From: a virus
Lineage: Duplodnaviria > Caudoviricetes
IMG/VR virus record: IMGVR_UViG_3300032218_000799
Span: 1 to 36,809 of that record
Length of the DNA stretch: 36,809 nt
Direction: 5' to 3' (one strand)
Shown: in pieces, positions 24,056 through 34,380 of the stretch
How positions within the stretch are numbered: position 1 is the first letter of the stretch
How the letters are laid out: each line of letters starts with the position of its first letter
The notes under the pieces: generated by a model
Seen by the model: only the letters and a program-made list of their open reading frames with translations
The model's database searches: none
What the model was told of the DNA's origin: nothing
Program-made: the position numbers and the translations under genes

Positions 24056-24655
24056 TAAGAGTATCGGCCTTGATAGTTTCAATAAATACGCCGGACAACA
24101 TGGAAGAACGGCCTACTTACCACGCAACACGGCCCGATACCTACACGATACGACTCGCAACACGCTCCGAACGGCGCACAATATCCGGACGGTTGGACAT
24201 TTCGCCCGTTTCCGTCCAAGTCTAAATGTCAGGTCAACCCCTAGGGTTTTAATGCCGGCGCACTCTTATACGTACTATCAACCAAAGTATTTTTTCTAAA
24301 TATAGCTGCCCAAACGGGGTAATATAAAATAAATCTTTTTGCTATAACTAGTATAAAATACTGACTATAAACAATGTGATGAACATCACACACTAAAGGA
24401 CGGGATAAAACCCAAATCCACCACCTTAGTATATATATACGGTAAAAAAAACCGCCCGTTTTAGTTCGGCTCTAGGCAATCTGAGCCTCAAGCGAAGTTG
24501 CCGTTGAGCCGAACGTAACAGCAGCCTTTAGGGCTGCTATTAATTGTAAGAGTTTAGGCGCTTAATGCGCCCCCCAAAAATACCCAAAGTATTACCCACA
24601 GGACGCTTTGCGGTGGGTGAGAACTAATCTTACCCACAGGAAAGATTTAACCCAA

Positions 24656-26572
24656 ATGACTAAACCACCGAGCAATGCGTATAAGCTGGCACCAAATGCC
24701 ACCTTATCCGCACCAGAGGCAAAGAAGCGCCTTCTCGCGCTGATTGACGATGGTGTTACGATTGAAGATGCTTGTCGCGCTGTAGGTAAGTCTGTCAAGT
24801 CTTACGAGTATTATCGCTCTAGCGATCCGCAATTTAAAGAAGCGATTGACCTTTCGCGCATTATTAAAAAACGCAAAGGTGTAGTTAGCGATGATGACGC
24901 GTCAATATCTTTTGAAGATTTCCGATTAAAGTATTTAAACTCCCAAACCTTTGACCATCAAAGAAATATAACAAGCCTTCTTGAAGAAGGCGAACCGGCA
25001 TGGCTGCATGGCAATATGACCTATGAAAAAGGTTTTAAGAATTACGTTCTTGTCAATATGCCACCCGAACACGCTAAGTCTATGACGGTGAGTATTGACT
25101 ATGTGGTGTATAGGATTGTGATCGACCCAAATGTGAGAATCAAGTTAGTGTCCAAGACTCAAGCAATGGCAAAAGAATTTCTTTATGCTATTAAGCAAAG
25201 GTTGACTTCACCCCAATGGGCAGAACTTCAAAGGCGTTACGCCCCTGTAGAGGGCTTTAAAGCCACATCTGATAAGTGGTCAGCAGATACTATTTACCTT
25301 GAACGTGAATCTGGTGAGAAAGACCCTACTGTTCAAGCACTAGGTATTGGCGGACAGATTTATGGCGCTCGTGCCGACCTTATTATTCTTGATGACTGTG
25401 TAACCCTTGCCAATGCTGGCGAGTATGAAAAGCAAATACGCTGGATACAGCAAGAAGTTCTTACGCGTGTTGGACCCACAGGCAAAATTTTAGTAGTAGG
25501 TACACGCGTTGACCCAATGGATCTCTATAGAGAGATGCGAAACCCAGAGCGTTACCCAGATAATGTTAGTCCTTGGACATACTTAGCTATGCCAGCTGTC
25601 CTTGAGTTTAAAGATAATCCAAAGGATTGGATTACTTTGTGGCCAAAGTCTGATCGGCCTTGGGATGCTGACGCAACAGAACCAGATGAGAACGGATTGT
25701 ACCCACGCTGGTCTGGCGAACACCTACGTCGTAGGCGTGGTCTTATTGACCCAAAGACTTGGGCAATGGTTTACCAGCAGCAAGACGTTGAATCATCGGC
25801 TATCTTTTCCCCAGAGTGTGTACGTGGATCTGTAAGCGGTATGCGTTCTATCGGACCACTTATACCTGGCGCACCAGGGCATCCAGAGTCTTTAGCTAGT
25901 CAATACATAGTTGCATCAATGGACCCTGCCATGTCAGGTGACACATTCTCTGTAGTTATATCAGGAGATAAAACCACAGGCAAGCGTTATTTGCTTGAAG
26001 CATCAAGGATGCCAGCACCTACGCCACAAATGATACGTGATCTTATTTTTGCTTGGACAGATAAATATAAAGTTAATGTATGGGTAATTGAAAAGAACGC
26101 CTTTCAGTTGTTCTTAACCCAAGACGAACAGATTAACAAGTTTCTTGCTACACGCGGTATCCGCCTTGTTCAACATTACACCGGCGGTAATAAGATGGAT
26201 CTTGAATTTGGCGTTGCATCATTAGCGCCACTCTTTGGATCTGTAGATAATCATGGTAAATATTTAAAGAACAATCTTATTGAATTACCACGAGCAGACA
26301 ATGAACACATTAAATCGTTGATTGAGCAGTTAATTACTTGGTCAGCTGGAACAAAGAACAAGCAAGACGGACCAATGGCATTGTGGTTTGCTGAAACCCA
26401 GATGCGTGATTATATCAACCAAATGGGTTCATATGGTCAAACATTTGTTAAGAACCAATTTGCTACACGATCACAAATAGCAAACCGTAAGGTTGTCAAC
26501 TTGGAAGAATACGCAAGACTACAAGAAAAATTAGCAGTGAACGGGGGTACCTTCTATGGCAGTAGATATTAG
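24656..26572 (+). CDS. terL: Terminase large subunit with N-terminal HTH extension
   Basis: PPEHAKS Walker A variant, GARADLIILDD Walker B, VVGTR coupling motif, MDPA nuclease motif, QDGPMALW; AGGAAAG RBS. Confidence 0.92.
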   Translation: MTKPPSNAYKLAPNATLSAPEAKKRLLALIDDGVTIEDACRAVGKSVKSYEYYRSSDPQFKEAIDLSRIIKKRKGVVSDDDASISFEDFRLKYLNSQTFDHQRNITSLLEEGEPAWLHGNMTYEKGFKNYVLVNMPPEHAKSMTVSIDYVVYRIVIDPNVRIKLVSKTQAMAKEFLYAIKQRLTSPQWAELQRRYAPVEGFKATSDKWSADTIYLERESGEKDPTVQALGIGGQIYGARADLIILDDCVTLANAGEYEKQIRWIQQEVLTRVGPTGKILVVGTRVDPMDLYREMRNPERYPDNVSPWTYLAMPAVLEFKDNPKDWITLWPKSDRPWDADATEPDENGLYPRWSGEHLRRRRGLIDPKTWAMVYQQQDVESSAIFSPECVRGSVSGMRSIGPLIPGAPGHPESLASQYIVASMDPAMSGDTFSVVISGDKTTGKRYLLEASRMPAPTPQMIRDLIFAWTDKYKVNVWVIEKNAFQLFLTQDEQINKFLATRGIRLVQHYTGGNKMDLEFGVASLAPLFGSVDNHGKYLKNNLIELPRADNEHIKSLIEQLITWSAGTKNKQDGPMALWFAETQMRDYINQMGSYGQTFVKNQFATRSQIANRKVVNLEEYARLQEKLAVNGGTFYGSRY

Positions 26573-28343
26573 TGAATTAGGTTTAAAGGTACGTAAGCTC
26601 CGCGATCACTTTAATCAACGTGATTCACGTTGGTCTGATCTTTTGGCTATTCGCCAAGGTAATATCCAGCAAGTATTTCCTGGCATGTTTCCTGATGACT
26701 TTCCAAAGCCAATGGTATCTAACTTTATTGACATTGCAGCACGTGACGTAGCAGAAGTCATTGCACCATTACCAGCTTTTAACTGTGATAGTACAGACGC
26801 TATTTCAGATCGCGCACGTAAACGTGCTGATAAGCGTACACAAATTGCTGCCGGTTATCGTGACTCATGCAACTTGCAAACCCAAATGTACACAGGTGCA
26901 GATCGTTACCTTACATATGGCATGATTGCTTTTATTGTTGAACCTGACTACGAGAACAAACGTCCGATGATACGTATTGATAATCCTATCGGCACATACC
27001 CAGAGCATGATCGTTTTGGTAGATTGCTTTCGTACACACGTCGTTACAACAAGACTGTACGTGAATTAGTTAATGACTTTCCTGAGCTTGAAGCTCAGAT
27101 CAAAGGCCCTTACGAAAACCGTAGTTCTGAACGTATGCTTGAAGTATTCCGTTATCAAGATAAAGATGAGTTAATTCTTTTCATTCCTGATCGCAAGAAC
27201 CTTGTCTTAGAACGCGCAAAGAACATCATTGGTGAATTGCCAATTGTTATTGCTACTCGTCCTGGTATTGACTCTGACGAGAATCAACGTGGTCAGTTTG
27301 ACGATATTATGTGGGTACAAGTAGCTCGCGCTCGCTTTGCCACATTGCAATTGGAAGCAGCACAAAAATCTGTACAGGCACCATTTGCTTTACCAGCAGA
27401 TGTTAACGTGCTTGAAATTGGACCGGATGCAACTATCCGTTCTGCTAGCCCAGAAAAGATACGCCGTGTTTCACTTGATATTCCACAAGGAATCTTTCAA
27501 GAGACAGCTGCTTTAGATCAAGAACTTCGTGTTGGTTCACGCTACCCACAAGGTCGTTTAGGTCAGCAATCAGGATCTATCGTTACTGGTCGTGGCGTTG
27601 AAGCACTCATGGGTGGGTTTGATACTCAAGTTAAAACAGCACAAGCAGTATTTGCTGAAGCTTTCCGTCATTTAATTCGCATCTGCTTCTTAATGGATGA
27701 GAAGTTATTTGGTAATGTTGAAAAGCAAGTACGTGGTGTAAACGCTGGTGCGCCTTACGAGATTACCTATACTCCTGAAAAAGATATTGCTGGTGACTAC
27801 TGGTGTGACGTATCTTATGGAATGATGGCAGGGCTAGATCCAAACCGAGCATTGGTATTTGGATTACAAGCTCGTGGCGATAAACTTATCTCACGTGATT
27901 TCTTACGCCGTCAGATGCCTTGGGAAATGAACGTATCTATGGAAGAAGAAAAGGTTGAAGTAGAAGAACTACGCGATGCCCTTATCCAATCTGTAGCTGC
28001 ATATGCCCAAGCAATCCCACAAATGGCTTCCCAAGGACAAGATCCTTCACGAGCTATCCAAGCTATTGCAGCAGCAATCAAAGGTCGCATGGCTGGCGAT
28101 AACATTGAAGATGTTATTGCTACAGCATTTACGCCACCACCACCGCCAGAATCCCCAGAAGGTGTAGCCCCAGGTCAACCACCAGCGCAAGGTGTACCTG
28201 GCGAGGCTCCTACTGGGGCACCTATGCCACAAGGTGGACCACCGCAAGGTGGTGGTTCATCATTACAAAACCTGCTTGCAGGACTTTCATCTTCTGGATC
28301 ACCGCAACTTGCAGCATCCGTATCCAGAAGATCGCCAGTCTAA
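26556..28343 (+). CDS. Portal protein
   Basis: 595 aa directly after the terminase; helical; Pro/Gly/Gln-rich tail. Confidence 0.85.
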   Translation: MAVDISELGLKVRKLRDHFNQRDSRWSDLLAIRQGNIQQVFPGMFPDDFPKPMVSNFIDIAARDVAEVIAPLPAFNCDSTDAISDRARKRADKRTQIAAGYRDSCNLQTQMYTGADRYLTYGMIAFIVEPDYENKRPMIRIDNPIGTYPEHDRFGRLLSYTRRYNKTVRELVNDFPELEAQIKGPYENRSSERMLEVFRYQDKDELILFIPDRKNLVLERAKNIIGELPIVIATRPGIDSDENQRGQFDDIMWVQVARARFATLQLEAAQKSVQAPFALPADVNVLEIGPDATIRSASPEKIRRVSLDIPQGIFQETAALDQELRVGSRYPQGRLGQQSGSIVTGRGVEALMGGFDTQVKTAQAVFAEAFRHLIRICFLMDEKLFGNVEKQVRGVNAGAPYEITYTPEKDIAGDYWCDVSYGMMAGLDPNRALVFGLQARGDKLISRDFLRRQMPWEMNVSMEEEKVEVEELRDALIQSVAAYAQAIPQMASQGQDPSRAIQAIAAAIKGRMAGDNIEDVIATAFTPPPPPESPEGVAPGQPPAQGVPGEAPTGAPMPQGGPPQGGGSSLQNLLAGLSSSGSPQLAASVSRRSPV

Positions 28344-28379
28344 CGTTCCTGGCGATCAAAAACCTATAGGAGAAAAAAC

Positions 28380-28586
28380 ATGGCAACAATGAAGTCATCT
28401 TTGACTACAAAGGTACCATCGCCAGCTAATCAAGGCGGACATGGTAGCTCAGACGCAACAACACAGAAAACCAAAATCCAGACTAAGCGTGGTTCAGAAA
28501 ATCCAGGAAGCTCAAGCATCCTCTTTACCAAGCAACCTTCAGGAACTAGAGGCACAGGCAATACTGCCGGAAAGCCTATGAAGTAA
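28380..28586 (+). CDS. Small basic low-complexity protein
   Basis: AGGAG RBS. Confidence 0.6.
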   Translation: MATMKSSLTTKVPSPANQGGHGSSDATTQKTKIQTKRGSENPGSSSILFTKQPSGTRGTGNTAGKPMK

Positions 28587-28590
28587 TTAA

Positions 28591-28806
28591 ATGAAAGATG
28601 AGCAGGGCATACCCCCAACAAGGGTAACTAAGTGGGATTGTTTTGCCCTGCTTGCACATGTAACATCTAATATTTTATCTGATGTAGCAGATGCATTTGA
28701 TATTTTAAGACAAATGCTAGAACATCAAGCAAGTTTTGTGGATGAGAAACAGTCATTCCACGAGTATGCAGCCCGAACCATTGAAACATTAAACGAGGGA
28801 GAATAG
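28591..28806 (+). CDS. Hypothetical protein
   Basis: 71-aa ORF tightly packed in the operon. Confidence 0.6.
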   Translation: MKDEQGIPPTRVTKWDCFALLAHVTSNILSDVADAFDILRQMLEHQASFVDEKQSFHEYAARTIETLNEGE

Positions 28807-28808
28807 TC

Positions 28809-29264
28809 ATGCCACAGGCAGCAAAGCCAGCTATGACTTCAGGCCCAGGGGCTATGAGCCAAAGAACTGATGGCGGACCAGCATCAAAGCAAGCACAACG
28901 GTATATCTCAGGTATGCCTAATTACGGCGATGGTCAACAACTGATGGATCTACAAGCATCAGCACCAATGGCTAAAGCACCAGAAACACCAACAATGCAA
29001 CAACCAATGGCATCTAATGCAGGTAATGGGCAAACAATCCAACCTGATGTTACGTCATTGACGGCACCTACAGCTAGACCACTTGAGCCAGTTACTGCTG
29101 GTGCAGCAAGTGGTCCTGGTCCTGGACCAGAAGTATTAAACCTTGGTAATGCTGATACGTCACAATATCAAACTGCCAAAGAACAAATGCAAGCTATGGC
29201 TGCATCTCCAAACGCTTCCCCTGCATTAAGAGCATTGGCACAAAGATTTAATCAGGTGTATTAA
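28809..29264 (+). CDS. Pro/Ala/Gln-rich virion-associated protein
   Basis: SGPGAMSQRTDGG and PTARPLEPVTAGA..GPGPGPEVL motifs; GAGGGAG RBS. Confidence 0.65.
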   Translation: MPQAAKPAMTSGPGAMSQRTDGGPASKQAQRYISGMPNYGDGQQLMDLQASAPMAKAPETPTMQQPMASNAGNGQTIQPDVTSLTAPTARPLEPVTAGAASGPGPGPEVLNLGNADTSQYQTAKEQMQAMAASPNASPALRALAQRFNQVY

Positions 29265-32200
29265 TGACAAAAGAAAATTTTAATAAAACATTAGCAGATC
29301 ATCCTGCCCTTGCCTCTAATCCAGCTTTAGCTAGCGATGTTTTAAATTCAAACAACCAAGATGCTTCTGCTACCACAGTTCTTCATGCTAACAATGTATC
29401 ATCATTTCAACAAGCATTAGCAGAAAATCAAGCACAAAATGGTAATGAAAGTATATGGCAAAGTGTATTTCATGGAGCAGCCAAAGCTGTTGGTGGCGCA
29501 CTTAATTGGTTAAGCAAACCACTTAACGAAATACAACGTGATTATAAATTTATTCATTCTGTTTATGTACGTCATGGAATTTTGCAAGGATTTGCTGCAA
29601 CTGCTGGTATAGCAGGTGGAGCTGTACTTGGTTCATTTTTTGGACCAGAAGGAACAGCTATTGGAATTGATCTGGCTGGCAGTCTTGAGCGTAATTTAAT
29701 TGGTCGTTTTGACGTTTCTCATCGTGATTCATTTAACGATTCAAACAATCCAAATTATAAAGTTTCAGCCGGACGAGATTTTGCTAATGCTGTTGCTCAT
29801 GTACCAGGACTTGGTGATTTACGCAATACAGATCATGGCCTTGGTAAAGTAATATCGGGAACTACTGATGCAGCATTTGATTTTATGCTTGATCCTTTTG
29901 TAATTGGTCTTAAAGTAAAAGCAGGAGTTAAGCAAGGCAAATATCTTGAAGTTAAAACCGAAAAAGGCGTAAAAGTATTAACAACTAAGTTACCTTTTAA
30001 AAATGCTTTTCCTGCCTTACAAGGTTTTTTAGAACGCAATAGCCTTCAAACTTTTGGTTCATCTGAGCAATTAAATAATCTTTACAAAGCTGGTAAAAAT
30101 CCAAGCATACTTGACCGAACATTTGGTGCATCTGGAAAAACATATGTTCGCAATCTTGAAGATATTGCAAAAGATATAAATAGTGAAAATGGTTTGGCTA
30201 AAGTTGCAATTAAAAATCCTACTTTGCAAGAAATGCTACCATTTTTAAAAGAAGCTAAAGACAAAGTTGGCACTTTAACCGATCAAGATGTTCACCATGT
30301 TTTCTTGCAAACAATGGGAGATGTTCAATTTTCTCAAAACTATCTTTCTACAGTAAGCTCATTTGTACCATCACGTACTGTAGTTCGTGCTGCCTTATCT
30401 AAAGTATCTGACAAGTTGCGCCAATGGGACCCAAACGAAGAAACATATTTACGCACTAATCAAGCAAATTTCTTTTTGCCACGTTCTTCTAAAAAAGCAA
30501 TATATGCAGATGTAGTAGATCCTCAAACTGGTCAAATTTCAAAAGTTGTTCAATTAACTAATGAAAAACAAACTATTCTTCCAGTAGTATTTCAACCCTG
30601 GAACCCTGATGCATGGAAATCAGCTCTTGCTAGTAAGGTGCGTACATTTAGTGGCTACCTTCCATACTCTATTGATTCTAAAATGCTTGAACTTTCTAAT
30701 ACGCAATTTGATCCAGCAAACCCAACTGCACTTGTTGGCATTTATCGCATGGCCCGTTTTTCAATGTCAGATCAATTGGCAAAACAACGTGTTACAGAGT
30801 TTGCTACTGCTGGTGATGATATAAGCCAAAAAAGAAAAATTTATTCTGGCATTATAAATGAAATGCTTAAAGCAGCAGGTATTCCTGATGATACACAATT
30901 TATAAAATATATGCATGATCGCATTGGTCAATTTACAGAAGGCGATATAAGCAAAAATACATATGGTCTTGGTCATTATTCTGGTAGCAAAGTATCTGAA
31001 GGTACTTCAAATTTTGGAACATATAATCGTGCTTTATTTGAAGATCAAGCTGGCAATTTTAAATACCCAGATTTTCGTGAAGTTAAAACTGCTATGCGTA
31101 GCGTTGGAAAATATGGACAAATTTATGGCAAGATTGATAACTTTGCAGCTAACCATTATACGGACAGCGTATTTAAACCTTTAGCTTTGCTTACAGCAGG
31201 ATTTGGTTTGCGTATTGCTGCATCTGAATTGTTGCCAGCAGTATTTCGTTTTGGTACAATTGCAACAGCTAAATCAAAAATAGCTTCTGCTGCACAAAAA
31301 ATGAATTACAAATTAATCCCAGGTGAAGATGCTGCTATTCTTGAAAATGCTATTCATGCTGTGTCGCAAGGCACAAATCCTGCAAAGTTTCTTTCCGATG
31401 CTGCTAATGCAGTTAAAGGAAAAACTGTTAAAAAATTGTATGCAAAAGGGCTTAGTGCATTAGCTACTGAATCCGACCTTGAACTTGCTGCTAATATTGC
31501 TATTAGCACTCGTGGTCATATGGGAACAGGAGCAACCCTTACAGGGTACGGTATCCCAGTTGAACAACAAGAATTTCATCGCCAAGTTGCACAAATTGTA
31601 AGCCAACAAGCGCAACGTAGTGGCGGATTAAACAATACTCAAATTCAAGAAAAACTACGTGAAGCTTACCCAGAATTAGCAGACAAAAAACGTCCAATTG
31701 TTGGAACTGGTCAATTCAGTCATTTTATTAATTCAGATCCAGCTTTTGATTTGCATTATTATACTGAGCTTTCCAAAACAACTGTTGGAATATCTAGGCA
31801 ACAAATTGCTTCTGATCTACATGAACAATTTGCCAAAGGCAAATCTATCCAACAAGCATACGATAATGTTCGTGCTTTAGAAGAAAAAAGACTTCGTGAT
31901 GTAAACTACCAACCATATGCTCGTGAACGTAAATTGCTTGCTGGTTATCAAGAAGATCCAGCAAAGTTTGCAGCAGATCGTACCGATAGCACATTAAATT
32001 TATTTGTTGGTGCAGATGGAAAAACTGTTAATAAAGATTTTCTTCAAAAAATTGCTAATGGAGAAAAGCCAACATTAAATGCTATACGCAATCTTGAAGT
32101 TGAAGCAAAACCACTTGCAGTAGCTGGACAACGTTACACTCAAATGCCTGGTGAAAATTTGCAACAACGCGTTACCAATTTTGGTTTTCATCATGTCATT

Positions 32201-33904
32201 GATCCAATTATTAATAATCTTTCACGTGAACCTTTATTCTTTAACCACGTTAAGAATGAAATGCGTTCACTTCAGTTTGCTCTTGAAAGTGGCAAACTAG
32301 ATGAAGGAGAAGCTTTACGTATTGCCATGACTCGTGCATCATTTTCAATGGTGCCACAGATCCACAATACTGCCCTTAAAACCCAGTTCTCGGTACTGGC
32401 CCGTAACTACCTACCATTTTGGTTTGCCCAAGAGCAAGCCATGCGCCGCGCTGGTAGCTTGATTGCTACCAATCCGGCAGCACTACGGCAGTACCAATTA
32501 ATCCAACAAGGATTAAATGATCCTGGTTTTGTTGAAGTAGATTCCAATGGTCAGAAGCATATAACACTTCCCGTCATAGGCGAAGCTGGAAGTATGTTTT
32601 TAAACGCTGCAAATGCCATAGGACTGCCTGTAGTGGGCGGTTTGCCTGTTACTGTCACCGGCGATTTACAGTCGCTTAAAACGGTTCTTCCAGAATTTAC
32701 GGCCCCTGGTATATCCCCATTTGTATCGGTAGCTGCTAATACCCTTGCTGCCTTTGACCCTACCTTTGATCGTGAAATTAAAAAGATTGTTGGTGGAGCA
32801 GGTTTTGGCAAAAGTTATTTTGACATATTAATGCCTAATACTGTTGCTCGTAGCGTATTCCATGCAGTTGATGCAAAAGATACTGAAACATCATTCTTTA
32901 ATGCAATCGTGGCATCAATTACTTCTGCTAGTTTTCATGGTCAAATACCACCATCTAATGCTACGGCACTTGTCAAGCAAGCTTTCTTAGATCGCATTAA
33001 AAATAATGCTAGATCAATTATGATGATGAAAGCAATCCTTGGTGCTGTTAGCCCATTAGCTCCGGCAGTAAGCCAAGAAGATCCAGGTTTGCGTCAAGAA
33101 TTTTACGATATACTCAAAAAGAAATCTCCTGTTACTGGCAAGCCAATGACATACCCTGAAGCACTTGATGAGTTTATTGCCAAACATGGAACCAACTCAA
33201 TTGGTTATACTATATCCCGATCAGTTGGTGCTGTTCCTGGTGTAACAGTTCCTTATACAAATAAAGCAATTGATTATATTGAAAATAATCAAAGTTTAAT
33301 TAAAGGTCAATACGGTGTAGGCGCTGCTTTCTTTATACCACAAGTAACAAGTGGTGGTGGTGATGCTCAAGCAATCCATGATGAAGTTATTAAAATGCAT
33401 CTTCGTGCTAGCAAAACACCGGATCAATTTCTTGCAAGTTATTATACGGCAGCTGGCAATAATTTTATTGCTGCTCAACGTGTTGGACACGATAAAGCCA
33501 TGAATGATCTTGCAAAAGCTGGCATATCACAAGCTGCTGAGCGTTCTTCATGGAACGCATTTATTACTGAATATGGAAAAATGAATCCAATTTGGTGGGA
33601 TGATTATGCAAGTACTGCTAAAAAGCATGTAGCTACAGAAGCATTTAGTAATTTTACCGCTATGTTTGCAAATAAAACTGATGCTCAAATAACTAAAGAA
33701 TATGGCGCACATGTTGTACCAATTAAAAATTTAGTAAATGATTGGAACCAACATCACAGCGCAGTTATTCAATTACGCGCAACTGGTGGAACTGAATATG
33801 TAAAAGCTGAAAACGATAATTGGCAAGCATATCTAAAAGATGTTGCAGATAAACAACCACAATTAAACACAGTTATTAATTCCGTATTTTCAAGGTTAGG
33901 ATAA
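29264..33904 (+). CDS. Large putative internal virion (ejection) protein
   Basis: 1546 aa, helical, with hydrophobic Gly/Ala segments; lies in the structural operon. Confidence 0.6.
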   Translation: MTKENFNKTLADHPALASNPALASDVLNSNNQDASATTVLHANNVSSFQQALAENQAQNGNESIWQSVFHGAAKAVGGALNWLSKPLNEIQRDYKFIHSVYVRHGILQGFAATAGIAGGAVLGSFFGPEGTAIGIDLAGSLERNLIGRFDVSHRDSFNDSNNPNYKVSAGRDFANAVAHVPGLGDLRNTDHGLGKVISGTTDAAFDFMLDPFVIGLKVKAGVKQGKYLEVKTEKGVKVLTTKLPFKNAFPALQGFLERNSLQTFGSSEQLNNLYKAGKNPSILDRTFGASGKTYVRNLEDIAKDINSENGLAKVAIKNPTLQEMLPFLKEAKDKVGTLTDQDVHHVFLQTMGDVQFSQNYLSTVSSFVPSRTVVRAALSKVSDKLRQWDPNEETYLRTNQANFFLPRSSKKAIYADVVDPQTGQISKVVQLTNEKQTILPVVFQPWNPDAWKSALASKVRTFSGYLPYSIDSKMLELSNTQFDPANPTALVGIYRMARFSMSDQLAKQRVTEFATAGDDISQKRKIYSGIINEMLKAAGIPDDTQFIKYMHDRIGQFTEGDISKNTYGLGHYSGSKVSEGTSNFGTYNRALFEDQAGNFKYPDFREVKTAMRSVGKYGQIYGKIDNFAANHYTDSVFKPLALLTAGFGLRIAASELLPAVFRFGTIATAKSKIASAAQKMNYKLIPGEDAAILENAIHAVSQGTNPAKFLSDAANAVKGKTVKKLYAKGLSALATESDLELAANIAISTRGHMGTGATLTGYGIPVEQQEFHRQVAQIVSQQAQRSGGLNNTQIQEKLREAYPELADKKRPIVGTGQFSHFINSDPAFDLHYYTELSKTTVGISRQQIASDLHEQFAKGKSIQQAYDNVRALEEKRLRDVNYQPYARERKLLAGYQEDPAKFAADRTDSTLNLFVGADGKTVNKDFLQKIANGEKPTLNAIRNLEVEAKPLAVAGQRYTQMPGENLQQRVTNFGFHHVIDPIINNLSREPLFFNHVKNEMRSLQFALESGKLDEGEALRIAMTRASFSMVPQIHNTALKTQFSVLARNYLPFWFAQEQAMRRAGSLIATNPAALRQYQLIQQGLNDPGFVEVDSNGQKHITLPVIGEAGSMFLNAANAIGLPVVGGLPVTVTGDLQSLKTVLPEFTAPGISPFVSVAANTLAAFDPTFDREIKKIVGGAGFGKSYFDILMPNTVARSVFHAVDAKDTETSFFNAIVASITSASFHGQIPPSNATALVKQAFLDRIKNNARSIMMMKAILGAVSPLAPAVSQEDPGLRQEFYDILKKKSPVTGKPMTYPEALDEFIAKHGTNSIGYTISRSVGAVPGVTVPYTNKAIDYIENNQSLIKGQYGVGAAFFIPQVTSGGGDAQAIHDEVIKMHLRASKTPDQFLASYYTAAGNNFIAAQRVGHDKAMNDLAKAGISQAAERSSWNAFITEYGKMNPIWWDDYASTAKKHVATEAFSNFTAMFANKTDAQITKEYGAHVVPIKNLVNDWNQHHSAVIQLRATGGTEYVKAENDNWQAYLKDVADKQPQLNTVINSVFSRLG

Positions 33905-33906
33905 AA

Positions 33907-34380
33907 ATGACTACTGGACCAACAGGATCTGGAAAAACTCCTACCCCTACAGTTTCAACTGGTAATTCTACAAGCATGACTGGTTACAAACCTGCACCTA
34001 TTCCAACTAAAAAAACTAAAGAACGTATTCCTACCTACACATCTGAATACTTTCAACCAGATATTAGTTCTACCCAGTTTGTAACTAACAGAGTTTACCA
34101 ATCGCTGCTTGGTCGCAATGCAACGCAAGATGAAGTTAACAAATACCACGAACAATTTTTAGCATATGCAAAAACGCATCCAACATTTACAAAACAAGCA
34201 ACTTACGATACAACCGGAGCAGTAACCCGTGATGTTACTGCTCAAAAAATGCCATTAAGCGAAACTGATTTTATTAGCAATGTAGTTCGTCAAGGTCCAG
34301 AAGCTAAAGGTTATGAAGCTGCAACTACATACTTTGATGCCATGCGTCAAGCAATGGGGCAGTTCCGAGGGGGTTACTAA
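33907..34380 (+). CDS. Putative internal virion protein
   Basis: VYQSLLGRNATQDE motif; coupled to neighbours. Confidence 0.55.
   Translation: MTTGPTGSGKTPTPTVSTGNSTSMTGYKPAPIPTKKTKERIPTYTSEYFQPDISSTQFVTNRVYQSLLGRNATQDEVNKYHEQFLAYAKTHPTFTKQATYDTTGAVTRDVTAQKMPLSETDFISNVVRQGPEAKGYEAATTYFDAMRQAMGQFRGGY

Noticed and set aside
23848-24299. ORFs 23848-24225 and 23946-24299
   Set aside because: By-products of an A-poor tract with few stop codons; no RBS and implausible Trp/Cys/Gly composition.
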